Source of the DNA: an uncultured delta proteobacterium
GTDB lineage: Bacteria > Desulfobacterota > Deferrimicrobia > Deferrimicrobiales > Deferrimicrobiaceae
Assembly (NCBI GenBank): GCA_963770975.1
Contig: CAVYRM010000008.1
Location: 79,858-143,857 of the forward strand
Direction: 5' to 3'
Length of the DNA stretch: 64,000 nucleotides
Shown: positions 21,338 to 31,051 of the stretch, piece after piece
Position numbering within the stretch: position 1 is the first letter of the stretch
How the letters are laid out: each line of letters opens with the position of its first letter
The notes under the pieces: model-generated
Told to the model about the DNA's origin: nothing
Seen by the model: the letters and a program-made list of their open reading frames with translations, nothing else
The model's database searches: none
Made by a program: the position numbers and the translations under genes

Positions 21338-22615
21338 ATGGAGAAAACGACGGACCGGGAGGCGCAATTGAGGCGAATCGCGGCGTGCGCGGCGGCGGTG
21401 TGCATCATCCTGTTCGGAACGACGGCCTTTCCCGCACCGAAGGACCTGGTCGGCAAACCGGCGCCCGGCATCAGCGGAGCCAGTCCTTTCGGGAAGCCGG
21501 TGTCGCTGTCGGCCTACAGAGGGAAGGTGCCGACGGTCCTCACCTTCTGGTCGATCTACTGCACGACGTGTGTCGAGGAGATGGCGGGTCTCGAACGCCT
21601 GTACGGAAAGTACGGGCCGGGAGAGATCGCCGTCATCGCCATCAACGAGGATGCCGACGTCGGCGTGGGCCGCGTGAAGACGTTCCTCGACCGGTCGGCC
21701 GCCACGCCGGAGGGGAAGTTCACGTACGACATCCTCTTCGACGGCAAGGGGGAGGTCCTGGCCGCCTACGGGGTGTCCCGCCTGCCGACCCTCTTTTTCA
21801 TCGATCGCGAGGGGATCGTGCGGGAGGTCGTCGAGGGGGGCGGCGAAGGCAGGGAGACGCGGGTCGTATCCGCGATCGGGAAGCTCGTCGGTGCGGTGGG
21901 GCCGGAAGGTCTCCGGGAGGCGGCCACGGAGACCTCCTACGATCTCGAAGCGAAGGTGCCGCTTTGCGGAACGTACCGGGACGGGAAATGGTACCGCCCC
22001 CTCGACCTCGACGAGTCCCGGAACGACGTCCTGGCCCGCTCCCGGGCGGAAGGCGAGGATTTCCTCCGGCGGGAGGCGGTGCGCATGGCGCTGAAGGAGC
22101 TGGGGGTGACCCTGCATGCGGAGGAGCGCGTTCCCGTGTGCCGGACGGCGTACGGCATGGAGATCCGCTCCCCGTACCATCGGAAGGACGCCCTCGAACG
22201 TTTCATGGAACGCATGAAGCTGCCGCGGATCCTCGAGGTCGAATCCCAGGAGACGATGGAGCGGGAACGGGAGATCACGCTGTACCGGCGGATCAAGGTC
22301 ATCCTTCCGGCGCTGCGGGAGCAGCTGCAGAAGGACAGCTACGCCGCGGAGCGCAGCGACCTCCGGATCCGGTTCTCGCGCGCGACGCCGTTCGAGGAGC
22401 GTACGTTCATCGAGGCACTGTACGAGCAGTACCCGTACCTGTCGACCGTCCGCGAGGTACCTTCGGAATTGCGGGGGAGGCCGGAGTACGTGGTTTCCTC
22501 GCACGCGGCCCCCGCGAAGGCGGTCGAGGAGCTGCGCCTGCTCGACGTCGGGGCGCGGAAGATCGAGGTGGAGCTTCTCGCCGGCGGGATCGCCGAGGTG
22601 ACGATGTGGAGGTGA
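21338..22615 (+). CDS. Membrane-anchored TlpA-like thioredoxin (CTTC active site) with a roughly 240-aa C-terminal domain of unknown function.
   Basis: The anchor is IAACAAAVCIILFG. The redoxin core is VLTFWSIYCTTCVEEM...VIAINED...LPTLFFIDREG. The rest of the protein is not recognisable to me. Confidence 0.6.
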   Translation: MEKTTDREAQLRRIAACAAAVCIILFGTTAFPAPKDLVGKPAPGISGASPFGKPVSLSAYRGKVPTVLTFWSIYCTTCVEEMAGLERLYGKYGPGEIAVIAINEDADVGVGRVKTFLDRSAATPEGKFTYDILFDGKGEVLAAYGVSRLPTLFFIDREGIVREVVEGGGEGRETRVVSAIGKLVGAVGPEGLREAATETSYDLEAKVPLCGTYRDGKWYRPLDLDESRNDVLARSRAEGEDFLRREAVRMALKELGVTLHAEERVPVCRTAYGMEIRSPYHRKDALERFMERMKLPRILEVESQETMEREREITLYRRIKVILPALREQLQKDSYAAERSDLRIRFSRATPFEERTFIEALYEQYPYLSTVREVPSELRGRPEYVVSSHAAPAKAVEELRLLDVGARKIEVELLAGGIAEVTMWR

Positions 22616-23211
22616 CCGACCGGTTTTTCGCCGAAGTGCGGGCGGCGCTCTCCCCGGTCGCCGTTTCGGAGCCGCCCCCCCCGGGGTTGCGTTCCGCGGG
22701 GGTTCTCGTCCCGTTGAGGACGAACGGGAGGGAAGTGACCGTGACGCTCGCCCGGCGCACCGAGCGGGTGCCCCACCACAAGGGACAGGTCTGCTTCCCC
22801 GGCGGCAGCCGGGACCCCGGGGACCGCGACCTCCTGGCCACCGCGATCCGGGAAGCGGAAGAGGAGCTGGGGATACGACGGGCGGACGTGGAGCTCCTGG
22901 GCGCGATGGAGCGGGTACCCACGGTGACGGGGTTCTGCATCCAGCCGTTCGTCGCGCGGATCCCCCTGGACGCGCGGTTCCACCTGGACGGGTTCGAGAT
23001 GGCGGAGACGTTCGACGCGCCGCTGTCGGCCTTCACCGACTTCTCCCGGTACCGGGCCGCCGGGACGACCTTCCTCGGAAAACCGTACTTGGTCTACTTC
23101 CTCGATTACGGGAGGCACACGATCTGGGGAGCGACGGCCCGCATCCTCCACGACTTCGCGGAACTCGCCATGGGGCTTCCCCATGGCGGAACAGGGGTGC
23201 CGGCCCGTTGA
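22606..23211 (+). CDS. NUDIX hydrolase of the CoA pyrophosphatase type.
   Basis: The NUDIX box is GGSRDPGDRDLLATAIREAEEELGI, preceded by HHKGQVCFPGG, which is typical of CoA pyrophosphatases. The GTG start overlaps the preceding stop. Confidence 0.75.
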   Translation: MEVTDRFFAEVRAALSPVAVSEPPPPGLRSAGVLVPLRTNGREVTVTLARRTERVPHHKGQVCFPGGSRDPGDRDLLATAIREAEEELGIRRADVELLGAMERVPTVTGFCIQPFVARIPLDARFHLDGFEMAETFDAPLSAFTDFSRYRAAGTTFLGKPYLVYFLDYGRHTIWGATARILHDFAELAMGLPHGGTGVPAR

Positions 23212-23852
23212 GCCCTTCCGGGACGCGGATCGACCACGACATCATCCTGGAGATCGTTCCCCGCGGCGCGAAGGTGCTCGACCTCGGCTGCGGCGACGGC
23301 TCTCTGCTCGAAAAACTCGTCCGGGTGAAGGAAGCCCGCGGCAGCGGCATCGAGATCTCCGACGAGGGGATCCGGGAGTGCATCGCGAAAGGCCTCTCCG
23401 TCCTCCAGGAGGACATCGACCACGGGCTGAAGGATTACCCGGACCGCTCGTTCGATTACATCATCCTCAACCAGACGCTGCAGGCGGTGAAGAAGCCCGA
23501 CGTCGTGTTGTCGGAGATGCTCCGCGTCGGCGAAAAGGCGGTGGTCGGGTTCCCGAACTTCGCCTACTGGAAGATGAGGATGTTCCTGCTCATGAAGGGC
23601 CGGATGCCGAAGACGGAGTTCCTTCCGTTCGAATGGTACGACACGCCCAACATCCACTTCTGCTCCGTGATCGATTTCGAGGAGTATTGCCGCAAATTTT
23701 CATTGCGGGTGGACCGGCGGGTCTACCTCTCCAACGAACGCGGGGGGAGGGTGCTCCGCGGCGTCCTTCCGAACCTGTTCGCCGAATCCGCGGTATACCT
23801 CCTGTCGAAACGCGAAGGGAGCCGCGAGAGGAACGAATCCTCCGGGGATTGA
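23208..23852 (+). CDS. metW: Methionine biosynthesis protein MetW (SAM-methyltransferase fold).
   Basis: IDHDIILEIVPRGAKVLDLGCGDGSLLEKL...DYIILNQTLQAVKKPDVVLSEMLRVGEKAVVGFPNFAYWKMR...WYDTPNIHFCSVIDFE. No metX is adjacent. Confidence 0.8.
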   Translation: MSPSGTRIDHDIILEIVPRGAKVLDLGCGDGSLLEKLVRVKEARGSGIEISDEGIRECIAKGLSVLQEDIDHGLKDYPDRSFDYIILNQTLQAVKKPDVVLSEMLRVGEKAVVGFPNFAYWKMRMFLLMKGRMPKTEFLPFEWYDTPNIHFCSVIDFEEYCRKFSLRVDRRVYLSNERGGRVLRGVLPNLFAESAVYLLSKREGSRERNESSGD

Positions 23853-23904
23853 TCTGCCGTTGCAATTCATGCCGTGATCGGGTAATCTTATTCGCTACAT
23901 AAGG

Positions 23905-23980
23905 GGGGCTGTAGCTCAGCTGGGAGAGCGCCTGAATGGCATTCAGGAGGCCGACGGTTCGATCCCGTTCAGCTCCACCA
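23905..23980 (+). tRNA. tRNA-Ala (anticodon GGC).
   Basis: The cloverleaf folds by hand. The acceptor is GGGGCTG/CAGCTCC with a G3:U70 pair. The anticodon arm is CCTGA-ATGGCAT-TCAGG, the T-loop is TTCGATC, and CCA is encoded. Confidence 0.9.
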
Positions 23981-24119
23981 GGAAATCCAAGGGCCTGGGT
24001 CGCCGTACCCAGGCCCTTTCTCATGTCGGCCCGGGAATGCCATTCCGGGCATTCAGGCCGGGGCAACCACCACCTCTGGCATCCCTGCCCGCCCCGGCAC
24101 TTGGCCATCCATGGCCATC

Positions 24120-24158
24120 GGAGGCCGACGGTTCGATCCCGTTCAGCTCCACCAGGAA
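24120..24158 (+). repeat. Exact 39-nt duplicate of the 3' half of tRNA-Ala (identical to 23946-23984), followed by its own terminator-like hairpin.
   Basis: GGAGGCCGACGGTTCGATCCCGTTCAGCTCCACCAGGAA occurs twice, 174 bp apart. Each copy is followed by a GC hairpin plus a T-run: GGGCCTGGGT..ACCCAGGCCCTTT and GGCCAGGCG..CGCCTGGCCCTTTTT. Confidence 0.85.
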
Positions 24159-24245
24159 TCCCCGAGGGGCCAGGCGATACCGCCTGGCCCTTTTTGTTTC
24201 AGGATGTCGGCCGGGACGGATTTCCGAGTCCAGGATTTCCAGGGA

Positions 24246-24260
24246 GGCACATCGGCCGCA
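24246..24260 (+). promoter_or_regulatory. Weak candidate sigma-54 promoter upstream of the small tetraheme gene.
   Basis: aGGCAC-N5-ccGCA keeps the GG-N10-GC spacing, about 85 nt upstream of ATG 24343. The flanking T residues of the consensus are missing. Confidence 0.25.
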
Positions 24261-24342
24261 GGAGTAGAATATAGATGTGATCTGACATGCCTCGCGGCGG
24301 GTAACCCTGAATGCCGGGCGCCATCCGGCAGGAAGGGGGGCT

Positions 24343-24798
24343 GTGATGGTCCGGTTGCTTTCCGGAGTCGTCGTCGCCCTTCTGGTCCTCTCGCTCCCAT
24401 GCGGGGCCGGGGAACCGGCCGGAATCGCGAACCCGCATGAAAACCCTTCTTCGTGCCCTTCGTGCCACACGGAAGTACCCACGTCGGAGGATGTCTCGGC
24501 AGGGCGCTATTCCCTGCGGGGGGATTCCATCGACGACACCTGCTGCATCTGCCATGTCGCCAAGTGCAAGCCGATCGAGGGGAAGAAAAACCATATTTCG
24601 AACATCAACCGGTGGAACCGCGAGGAGATGAGGGCTCCCGCCACCCTTCCTCTTTACGGCGGGTACATAACCTGCCTCACGTGCCATTACCGGGAGAAGC
24701 CGGAAGGGGTGGATTACAAACGGCTCCGGATCGTGAAGCTCAAAGGGAACAAGGTCGATTGGGCGGGCCTTTGCAGGGACTGTCATCCCCACCATTGA
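24343..24798 (+). CDS. Small secreted tetraheme c-type cytochrome.
   Basis: The signal peptide is MMVRLLSGVVVALLVLSLPCGA. The 4 CxxCH motifs are CPSCH, CCICH, CLTCH and CRDCH. The motif spacing matches the 36696-37223 protein. Confidence 0.75.
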   Translation: MMVRLLSGVVVALLVLSLPCGAGEPAGIANPHENPSSCPSCHTEVPTSEDVSAGRYSLRGDSIDDTCCICHVAKCKPIEGKKNHISNINRWNREEMRAPATLPLYGGYITCLTCHYREKPEGVDYKRLRIVKLKGNKVDWAGLCRDCHPHH

Positions 24799-24837
24799 CC
24801 GGCAGCGAAGGGGTTCCACCGGCGATCGTCGACGGCA

Positions 24838-26790
24838 TCATCCACGGCCGCTCCGCGGTTTGGCATTCAGAACCTCCCGCACTTTCCGGGAGAGCCTCAC
24901 GGCGGTGAACGGCTTCTGGAGGAAGGGGATCTCCTCCTCCAGCACGCCGTGACGGACGATCGCGTCGTCGGTATATCCCGACATGTAGAGAATCCGGGTA
25001 TCCGGGCGGAGCGCGTGGATCCGTTCGGCGAGCTCCCGCCCCCCCATCTTCGGCATCACCACGTCGGTCAGCAGGAGGTCGATCGTGCCCCGGTGCCCCT
25101 CGGCCAGCGCCAGCGCCTCGCGGCCGTCCCTGGCCTCGAGCACCGTGTAGCCGTTCACCCGGAGGATCTCCCGCACCAGGAGGCGCACCAGTTCGTCGTC
25201 CTCCGCCAGGAGCACCGTCCCCGTGTTCGTACCCGAGTGCATCGCCGCCGGCCGGTCTGCGGCGCGGGCCGCAAGCCCGGGTTCTTCCGCGCGGGGCAGG
25301 TAGATGCCGAACGTCGACCCGGATCCGGGAGCGCTTTTCACCCGGATATGCCCGCCGCTCTGCCGGACGATGCCGTAGACCGTGGCCAGCCCGAGGCCGG
25401 TTCCCTTCCCGTTCTCCTTCGTCGTGAAGAACGGCTCGAACAGGTGGGCCAGGATCTCGCCGCTCATCCCGTGACCCGTGTCCTCCACGGAGAGGAGCGC
25501 GTGGGGGCCCGGCCGCGCATCCTGGTGGCCCTCCGCCTGGTCCGGGGAGAGGTCCACGTCGGACGTCGCGATCGTGATCCTGCCTCCGTCGGGCATGGCG
25601 TCGCGGGCGTTGACCGCCAGGTTCACGATCACCTGCTCCAGTTGCCCGGGATCCGCCTTCACGGGGCCCAGGGAAGGGGAAAGGTCGGTCGAAAGCTCCA
25701 CGTCTTCGCCGATCAGCCGCTGGAGCATCTGTTCCATGTTCCTCACGACCGCGTTGAGGTCGAGGATCTTCGGCTGGAGAACCTGGCGCCGGCTGAAGGC
25801 GAGCAGCTGGCGGGTAAGGACGGTGGCCCTGTCCCCCGCCTTCCGGATCTCCTCCACTTCCCCGCGCAGCGCCGAGTGCCTGGGAAGCCGGAGAAGGAGC
25901 AGGTCGCAGTAGCCGGAGATGGCGGTCAGAAGGTTGTTGAAATCGTGGGCGATGCCGCCCGCGAGACGCCCCACGGCTTCCATCTTCTGGGATTGGCGAA
26001 GCTGCTCCTCCATCCGGCGGACATCGGTCACGTCGCGCTTGACGGAGACGTAATTGACCACCTTCCCGTGCGGGTCCCGCACCGGGGAGATGACGGTGTC
26101 CTCCTCGTACAGGGTGCCGTCCTTCCGCCGGTTGTGGATCGTGCCCCGCCATACCTCCCCGCGGCCGATCGTCTCCCAGAGGTCCGCGTAGAACGCCGCG
26201 TCGTGGCGGCCGCTCTTCAGGAACCTCGGATTCCTCCCCACGATCTCGTTCCAGCCGTACCCGGTGATCCGCTCGAAGGCGGGATTGACGTACTCGATCA
26301 TCCCCCGGGTGTCCGTTACCAGGATGCTTTCGCCCGCCTGCTCGACCGCGATCGTCAGGCGGGCCCTGGACTCCTCGGACGCTTTCTGCCTGGTCACGTC
26401 CATCAGGATCGACATGATCCCGTATACCTTCCCGTCCGTCCCCCGGAGCGGGGAGGTCGACACGCTCACGATGATCGGGGAACCGTCCGCCCTCCGCCGG
26501 TGCAGTTCGGGCTCCGTGAACACCTCTCCGCCCATTGCCCGCTCCCGCAGCCCGCGAAACTCCTCCAGCTTGTCGGCGGGGACGAAGGGAAGACGTTTCC
26601 CGACGGCCTCCGCCGCGGGCCATCCGAAGATCCGCTCGGCTGCCGGATTCCACATCGTCACCACCCCTTCGGGATCGAACGTGACGATGGCCAGCGGGGA
26701 CGCTTCGATGAGGGTGGCGAGGATGCGGTTCTCCGCCGGCAGGTCGGAGCCCGGTACCACGTCGGAGGATATGGTTCGGTCCACGGTCAT
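24838..26790 (-). CDS. Hybrid sensor histidine kinase (PAS-PAS-HisKA-HATPase-receiver).
   Basis: The start is MTVDRTISS (ATG 26790); the longer ORF-track start would overlap glgP. It has the PAS segments [22 protein letters not shown] and [23 protein letters not shown], the H-box [17 protein letters not shown], the G-boxes EDTGHGM and GTGLGLA, and the receiver [11 protein letters not shown]...[13 protein letters not shown]. Confidence 0.85.
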   Translation of the reverse strand: MTVDRTISSDVVPGSDLPAENRILATLIEASPLAIVTFDPEGVVTMWNPAAERIFGWPAAEAVGKRLPFVPADKLEEFRGLRERAMGGEVFTEPELHRRRADGSPIIVSVSTSPLRGTDGKVYGIMSILMDVTRQKASEESRARLTIAVEQAGESILVTDTRGMIEYVNPAFERITGYGWNEIVGRNPRFLKSGRHDAAFYADLWETIGRGEVWRGTIHNRRKDGTLYEEDTVISPVRDPHGKVVNYVSVKRDVTDVRRMEEQLRQSQKMEAVGRLAGGIAHDFNNLLTAISGYCDLLLLRLPRHSALRGEVEEIRKAGDRATVLTRQLLAFSRRQVLQPKILDLNAVVRNMEQMLQRLIGEDVELSTDLSPSLGPVKADPGQLEQVIVNLAVNARDAMPDGGRITIATSDVDLSPDQAEGHQDARPGPHALLSVEDTGHGMSGEILAHLFEPFFTTKENGKGTGLGLATVYGIVRQSGGHIRVKSAPGSGSTFGIYLPRAEEPGLAARAADRPAAMHSGTNTGTVLLAEDDELVRLLVREILRVNGYTVLEARDGREALALAEGHRGTIDLLLTDVVMPKMGGRELAERIHALRPDTRILYMSGYTDDAIVRHGVLEEEIPFLQKPFTAVRLSRKVREVLNAKPRSGRG

Positions 26791-26911
26791 CGATGTAATC
26801 TTCGGCAAAGACCTTGGGAAAATCCAGTAAAGAATGATCCCCGGATGGATTGACGAACCCACCGTGTTGGGTTCTATTGGTATCCGGAAAAATTCGACCG
26901 GGGGTATCCCC

Positions 26912-29476
26912 ATGCGCATCCGGCACTTCCATGTACGTCCGAACATCCCGAAAGAACTCGCTCCCCTCCAGGAGATCGCGCGAAACCTCTGGTTCTCCTG
27001 GAACTGGGAGGCGGTCCAGCTCTTCATCCGACTGAACACCGCCCTCTGGGAAGCGTCGTACCAGAACCCGGTGATGATGCTCGGGAAGGTTCCCCAGTCG
27101 GACCTCGAGGCGGCCGCGAAGGACGAGAGTTTCGTGGCCAACGTGGAAAGGGTGTACCGGTCCTTCGTGGAGTACCGGGAACGGACATCCTGGTTCCAGG
27201 AGACGCACGGGGCGAAGAACGGTCAGCGCGTGGCGTATTTCTCGTGCGAGTACGGAATCGACGAGGGGCTTCCGATCTACTCCGGCGGGCTCGGGGTCCT
27301 TTCGGGCGATCACCTGAAATCCGCTTCCGACCTCGGGGTGCCCCTGGTCGGGGTGGGGCTCCTGTACCAGAAGGGATATTTCCGCCAGGTGCTGTCCCTC
27401 GACGGATGGCAGCAGGAACTTTACCCGGACAACGACTGGTACAACATGCCGGTGACGGTGGAGACCGGACCGGGGGGGCGCCCCCTGGAGATCGAGGTGA
27501 ACATCGGAGGAGAGGCGGTGAAGGCGCGGATCTGGCGCGTCGACGTGGGACGCACCCCCCTCTACCTGCTCGACGCCAACGTCAAGGGGAACTCCGCGCG
27601 AAACCGCGAGATCACGTCCACCTTGTACGGCGGGGACCGCCACATGCGCATCCGCCAGGAGATCCTCCTCGGCATCGGCGGTGTGCGGGCGCTGAAGGCC
27701 CTCGGGATCCACGCGACCGTGTATCACATGAACGAGGGACATTCCGCCTTCCTCATCGTGGAGCGGATCCGCGACCTGATGGAGTCCAGGGGTCTTTCGT
27801 ACGCGCAGGCGCGGGAGGTGGTTCTCGCCACGGGCGTCTTCACGACGCACACCCCCGTCCCCGCGGGAAACGAGCTCTTCGATCCGGACCTTCTCCGGAT
27901 ATACCTCGATTCGAAGATCGGGGCTCTCGGGATCCCGTGGGAGGAGTTCCTGGCGCTCGGCCAGTCCGGAAATCCCAGGTCGAAAGATTTCGGGATGACG
28001 GTGTTCGCCCTCCGGTCGGCCGCGTTCTCGAACGGCGTCGCGAAGCTCCACGCGGAGACCTCCCGGAAGATGTGGAAGGAGCTGTGGCCGGAGCTGCCCG
28101 AGGAGGAGGTCCCGGTCCGCGCCATCACGAACGGGGTCCATACCCGTTCGTGGCTGAGCCACGAAATGGTCGAGCTTTACGCGCGGTATTTCGGGCCGCG
28201 CTTCTTCGAGAAGCCCGCGGAGCACGACGTATGGGACCGCGTGGAGGAGATCCCCCCGGGCGAGCTCTGGAGGATCCACCAGTCGCGCAGGGAACGGCTG
28301 GTCTTCTTCGCCCGCAAGCGGCTGAGGAACGAGCTGCGGCGGCAGGGGGCCGGGGTGGCCCTCCAGCGGGCCGCCGAGGAAACGCTGAGCCCGGAGGCGC
28401 TGACCATCGGTTTCTCCCGCCGGTTCGCAACCTACAAGCGGGCCAACCTCCTGTTCCGGCAGCCCGATCGGCTGATCCGCCTCCTGACGAACCAGTCCCG
28501 GCCCGTGCAGATCCTCTTCGCGGGGAAGGCGCATCCCCAGGACCTGCCGGCGAAGGAGATCATCCGTTCGGTGATCCGTTTCGCCTCCGATCCCCGGGTC
28601 CGGGACCGGCTGGTGTTCCTCGAGGACTACGACATCAACGTGGCGCGGTACATGGTGCAGGGAGTCGACGTGTGGCTGAACAATCCGCGCAGACCGCTGG
28701 AGGCATCAGGGACCAGCGGGATGAAGGCGGCGGCGAACGGCGCGTTGAACGTCTCCATCCTCGACGGATGGTGGGACGAAGGCTATTCCAACGAACTGGG
28801 CTGGGCGATCGGGAGCGGGGAGACGTACGGCGATCCCGAGGAACAGGACCGGGTGGAGTGCGAGGCGCTCTACAACCTCCTCGAGAACGAAATCGTCCCC
28901 ATGTTCTACGACAGGGACAGGGGGGGGTTGCCCCGGGGCTGGATCGGGATGATGAAGGCGTCGATGAGGAAGCTGGGCGCGTATTTCAACACGCACCGGA
29001 TGCTCCAGGAGTACACGGAGCTGTCGTACCTTCCGGCGCATCGCGCCGGGGAACGCCTGTCCGCGGACGATTATGCCGCGGCCAGGGAGTTGGCGGCCTG
29101 GCGCGCCAGGGTCGCCGCGGCCTGGCGTGACGTGTCGATCCGGGTGGAGGAGTTCGGGAAACACAAGGAGATGCGGGTGGGGGACACGGTCGGGATCGCG
29201 GTCCGTGCGCGTCTCGGGGGTCTGTCCCCCGCCGACGTCGCGGTGGAGATCCGCTACGGTCCCTACACCGCCGCGGAGGAGGTCCGCCATGGGGCGATCC
29301 TGTCGGCGCGCCACGACGGACGCGACGGCGACGAGGAGATCTACCGGGTGGAGGTCCCGTGCGCGGGAAGCGGGAGGTACGGATTCGCCGCGCGGATCCT
29401 TCCACGGCATCCGGAACTGGCGAACCCGCTCATTCCCCTGTCGATGACCTGGGAAGTCTCTCTCCCCGGGGTGTGA
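26912..29476 (+). CDS. glgP: Alpha-glucan (glycogen/maltodextrin) phosphorylase of the short GlgP family.
   Basis: MRIRHFHVRPNIPKELAPLQEIARNLWFSWNW...YFSCEYGIDEGLPIYSGGLGVLSGDHLKSASDLG...EASGTSGMKAAANGALNVSILDGWW. It is intact. Confidence 0.85.
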   Translation: MRIRHFHVRPNIPKELAPLQEIARNLWFSWNWEAVQLFIRLNTALWEASYQNPVMMLGKVPQSDLEAAAKDESFVANVERVYRSFVEYRERTSWFQETHGAKNGQRVAYFSCEYGIDEGLPIYSGGLGVLSGDHLKSASDLGVPLVGVGLLYQKGYFRQVLSLDGWQQELYPDNDWYNMPVTVETGPGGRPLEIEVNIGGEAVKARIWRVDVGRTPLYLLDANVKGNSARNREITSTLYGGDRHMRIRQEILLGIGGVRALKALGIHATVYHMNEGHSAFLIVERIRDLMESRGLSYAQAREVVLATGVFTTHTPVPAGNELFDPDLLRIYLDSKIGALGIPWEEFLALGQSGNPRSKDFGMTVFALRSAAFSNGVAKLHAETSRKMWKELWPELPEEEVPVRAITNGVHTRSWLSHEMVELYARYFGPRFFEKPAEHDVWDRVEEIPPGELWRIHQSRRERLVFFARKRLRNELRRQGAGVALQRAAEETLSPEALTIGFSRRFATYKRANLLFRQPDRLIRLLTNQSRPVQILFAGKAHPQDLPAKEIIRSVIRFASDPRVRDRLVFLEDYDINVARYMVQGVDVWLNNPRRPLEASGTSGMKAAANGALNVSILDGWWDEGYSNELGWAIGSGETYGDPEEQDRVECEALYNLLENEIVPMFYDRDRGGLPRGWIGMMKASMRKLGAYFNTHRMLQEYTELSYLPAHRAGERLSADDYAAARELAAWRARVAAAWRDVSIRVEEFGKHKEMRVGDTVGIAVRARLGGLSPADVAVEIRYGPYTAAEEVRHGAILSARHDGRDGDEEIYRVEVPCAGSGRYGFAARILPRHPELANPLIPLSMTWEVSLPGV

Positions 29477-30179
29477 CCCGGCCCGGTCCGCCGCGGTACG
29501 CCTCGGCGCATCGGGAAGGCGACATCCCGAGAAGGTAGCCGATCCGCAGGCGCCACATGAACAGGATCGTCCGGAGGGGGCCCCATTCCTCCCAACGCCT
29601 TCCGGACGATTCGACGTGTTGCGCCAGCAGGATGGTTTTCCCCGCGCGTCGCATCCGCCGGGACAGTTCGACGTCTTCCATCAACGGGATCTCCGGGAAC
29701 CCTCCGGTCGACCGGAACGTCTCCGCGCGCAGGAAGATCGCCTGGTCGCCCGTGAACGAACGGGACAGGGAGGCCCGCGCTCCGATCATCCGCCCCGTGA
29801 TCCGGAGGATCGCCCGGGCGTATCCGCCCGCGCCGGGTGACGGCGCCAACCGGATCCGGAAGGCGCCCCCGACCACCGCCGGGTCCTCCAGCGCGGCCAG
29901 GGCGGCGGATGCCGATCCTTCCGGGAGGGTGGTGTCCGCGTGGAGGAAGAGGAGGACATCTCCACCCGCGGCCCCGGCGCCCGCGTTCATCTGGGTAGCC
30001 CTGCCGCGCGGCGCGGAGACCGTACGATCGGCCAGGCTCCGCGCGATCTCCATCGTCCGGTCCCGGCTTCCCCCGTCCACGACGACCACTTCGCAAGGCC
30101 CCGCTCTCCTGCACGACCGGATCGCCCCGGGAAGCTCCGTTTCCTCGTCCAGGGTCGGGATGATGACGGACAGGTGCAT
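29430..30179 (-). CDS. Family-2 glycosyltransferase.
   Basis: MHLSVIIPTLDEE...VVVVDGGSRDRT...GDVLLFLHADTTLP...GDQAIFLRAETF...PLMEDVELSRRM. The start overlaps the stop of the TVP38 gene (TGATG). Confidence 0.75.
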   Translation of the reverse strand: MHLSVIIPTLDEETELPGAIRSCRRAGPCEVVVVDGGSRDRTMEIARSLADRTVSAPRGRATQMNAGAGAAGGDVLLFLHADTTLPEGSASAALAALEDPAVVGGAFRIRLAPSPGAGGYARAILRITGRMIGARASLSRSFTGDQAIFLRAETFRSTGGFPEIPLMEDVELSRRMRRAGKTILLAQHVESSGRRWEEWGPLRTILFMWRLRIGYLLGMSPSRCAEAYRGGPGRVTPRGERLPRSSTGE

Positions 30180-30898
30180 CAGGGGGGCGGGAGGAGCTCC
30201 CGGCCCTTCCGGAGCCGCTTGATGAGGGCGGGGAGGAAGAAGGAGAGGACAAGGAGAAGGACGGGGACGACGAGGTTGAGGTCCAGCAGGTCCGCCGGCC
30301 GCCGGTAGGCTGCAAGGACATCCTTCATCGATCCGACGAAGTACGTGAAGATGAAGACGGGCGGGAGGAGCCCGGCAACCGTCCCGAGGAAGTAATCGCG
30401 GAACCGGATCCGCGTCGCACCGGCGGCGTAGTTCAGGACGATGAAGGGGAACCAGAAGATCCGTAGGTAGAAGATCACCGAAAACCCGTCTCCGGCCGCT
30501 TTCCGGTCGAGCCACGGCATCCGGGTCTCGAGGAATCCCCGCGCCACGCCGTGCAGGAAGTAGCGGCCGAGGAAGAAGGAGATCGAGGCGCCCAGGGTGT
30601 CCGCCGCGAGGTTGTACAGCATCCCGTGGAATTTGCCGAAGATGACGGCCCCGGCGATGCTGAACGGCGTGGCGGGGAAGAAGAGCACGCCGACGGCGTA
30701 GATGAGAATGAACAAGGCGGGGCCGAGCAGCCCGGCGGACTGGACAAGGAGATCCAGCCTCGTCACCAGCGCGCTGCGTCCCTCGACGGTCCGGAAAAGT
30801 CTCCCCGTGGGGGTGAAGAACAGGATGTACGCGGCTGCGGCCCCGAGGAGGAGAAACGCGGCGAGCTTGAGGAGGTCCCTCCCCCGGTACTTACGCAC
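30179..30898 (-). CDS. TVP38/TMEM64 (DedA-related, SNARE-associated) family membrane protein.
   Basis: Five to six hydrophobic helices with FPATPFSIAGAVIFG...LGASISFFLGRY...LRIFWFPFIVLNYAAGATRIRFRDYFLGT. Confidence 0.75.
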   Translation of the reverse strand: MRKYRGRDLLKLAAFLLLGAAAAYILFFTPTGRLFRTVEGRSALVTRLDLLVQSAGLLGPALFILIYAVGVLFFPATPFSIAGAVIFGKFHGMLYNLAADTLGASISFFLGRYFLHGVARGFLETRMPWLDRKAAGDGFSVIFYLRIFWFPFIVLNYAAGATRIRFRDYFLGTVAGLLPPVFIFTYFVGSMKDVLAAYRRPADLLDLNLVVPVLLLVLSFFLPALIKRLRKGRELLPPP

Positions 30899-31051
30899 GT
30901 GGATATCCCCGGGTCATCCCCGAATAGTACACCACCCTCGGGTTCGTGGGTTGCGGGCCGGGGAGGCGCCTTTCCTCGGACAGGTTGTACGGTTGTCCCG
31001 CTAGGAACTACAATGAAGCATTCGGCAATCTTCCGGGAAGGGGGAAAGTCC

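Noticed and set aside
23208-23852. metW without an adjacent metX, considered as a sign of an unusual methionine pathway.
   Set aside because: The gene is intact and typical, and metX may simply lie elsewhere. Nothing in the sequence itself is unusual.
23905-24343. A genomic island or prophage integrated at tRNA-Ala, and likewise at tRNA-Glu (41599-41893).
   Set aside because: The duplicated tRNA 3' ends are only 170-174 bp apart. No integrase, excisionase or phage gene occurs in the window. At most these are scars, and they are reported as findings on that basis.
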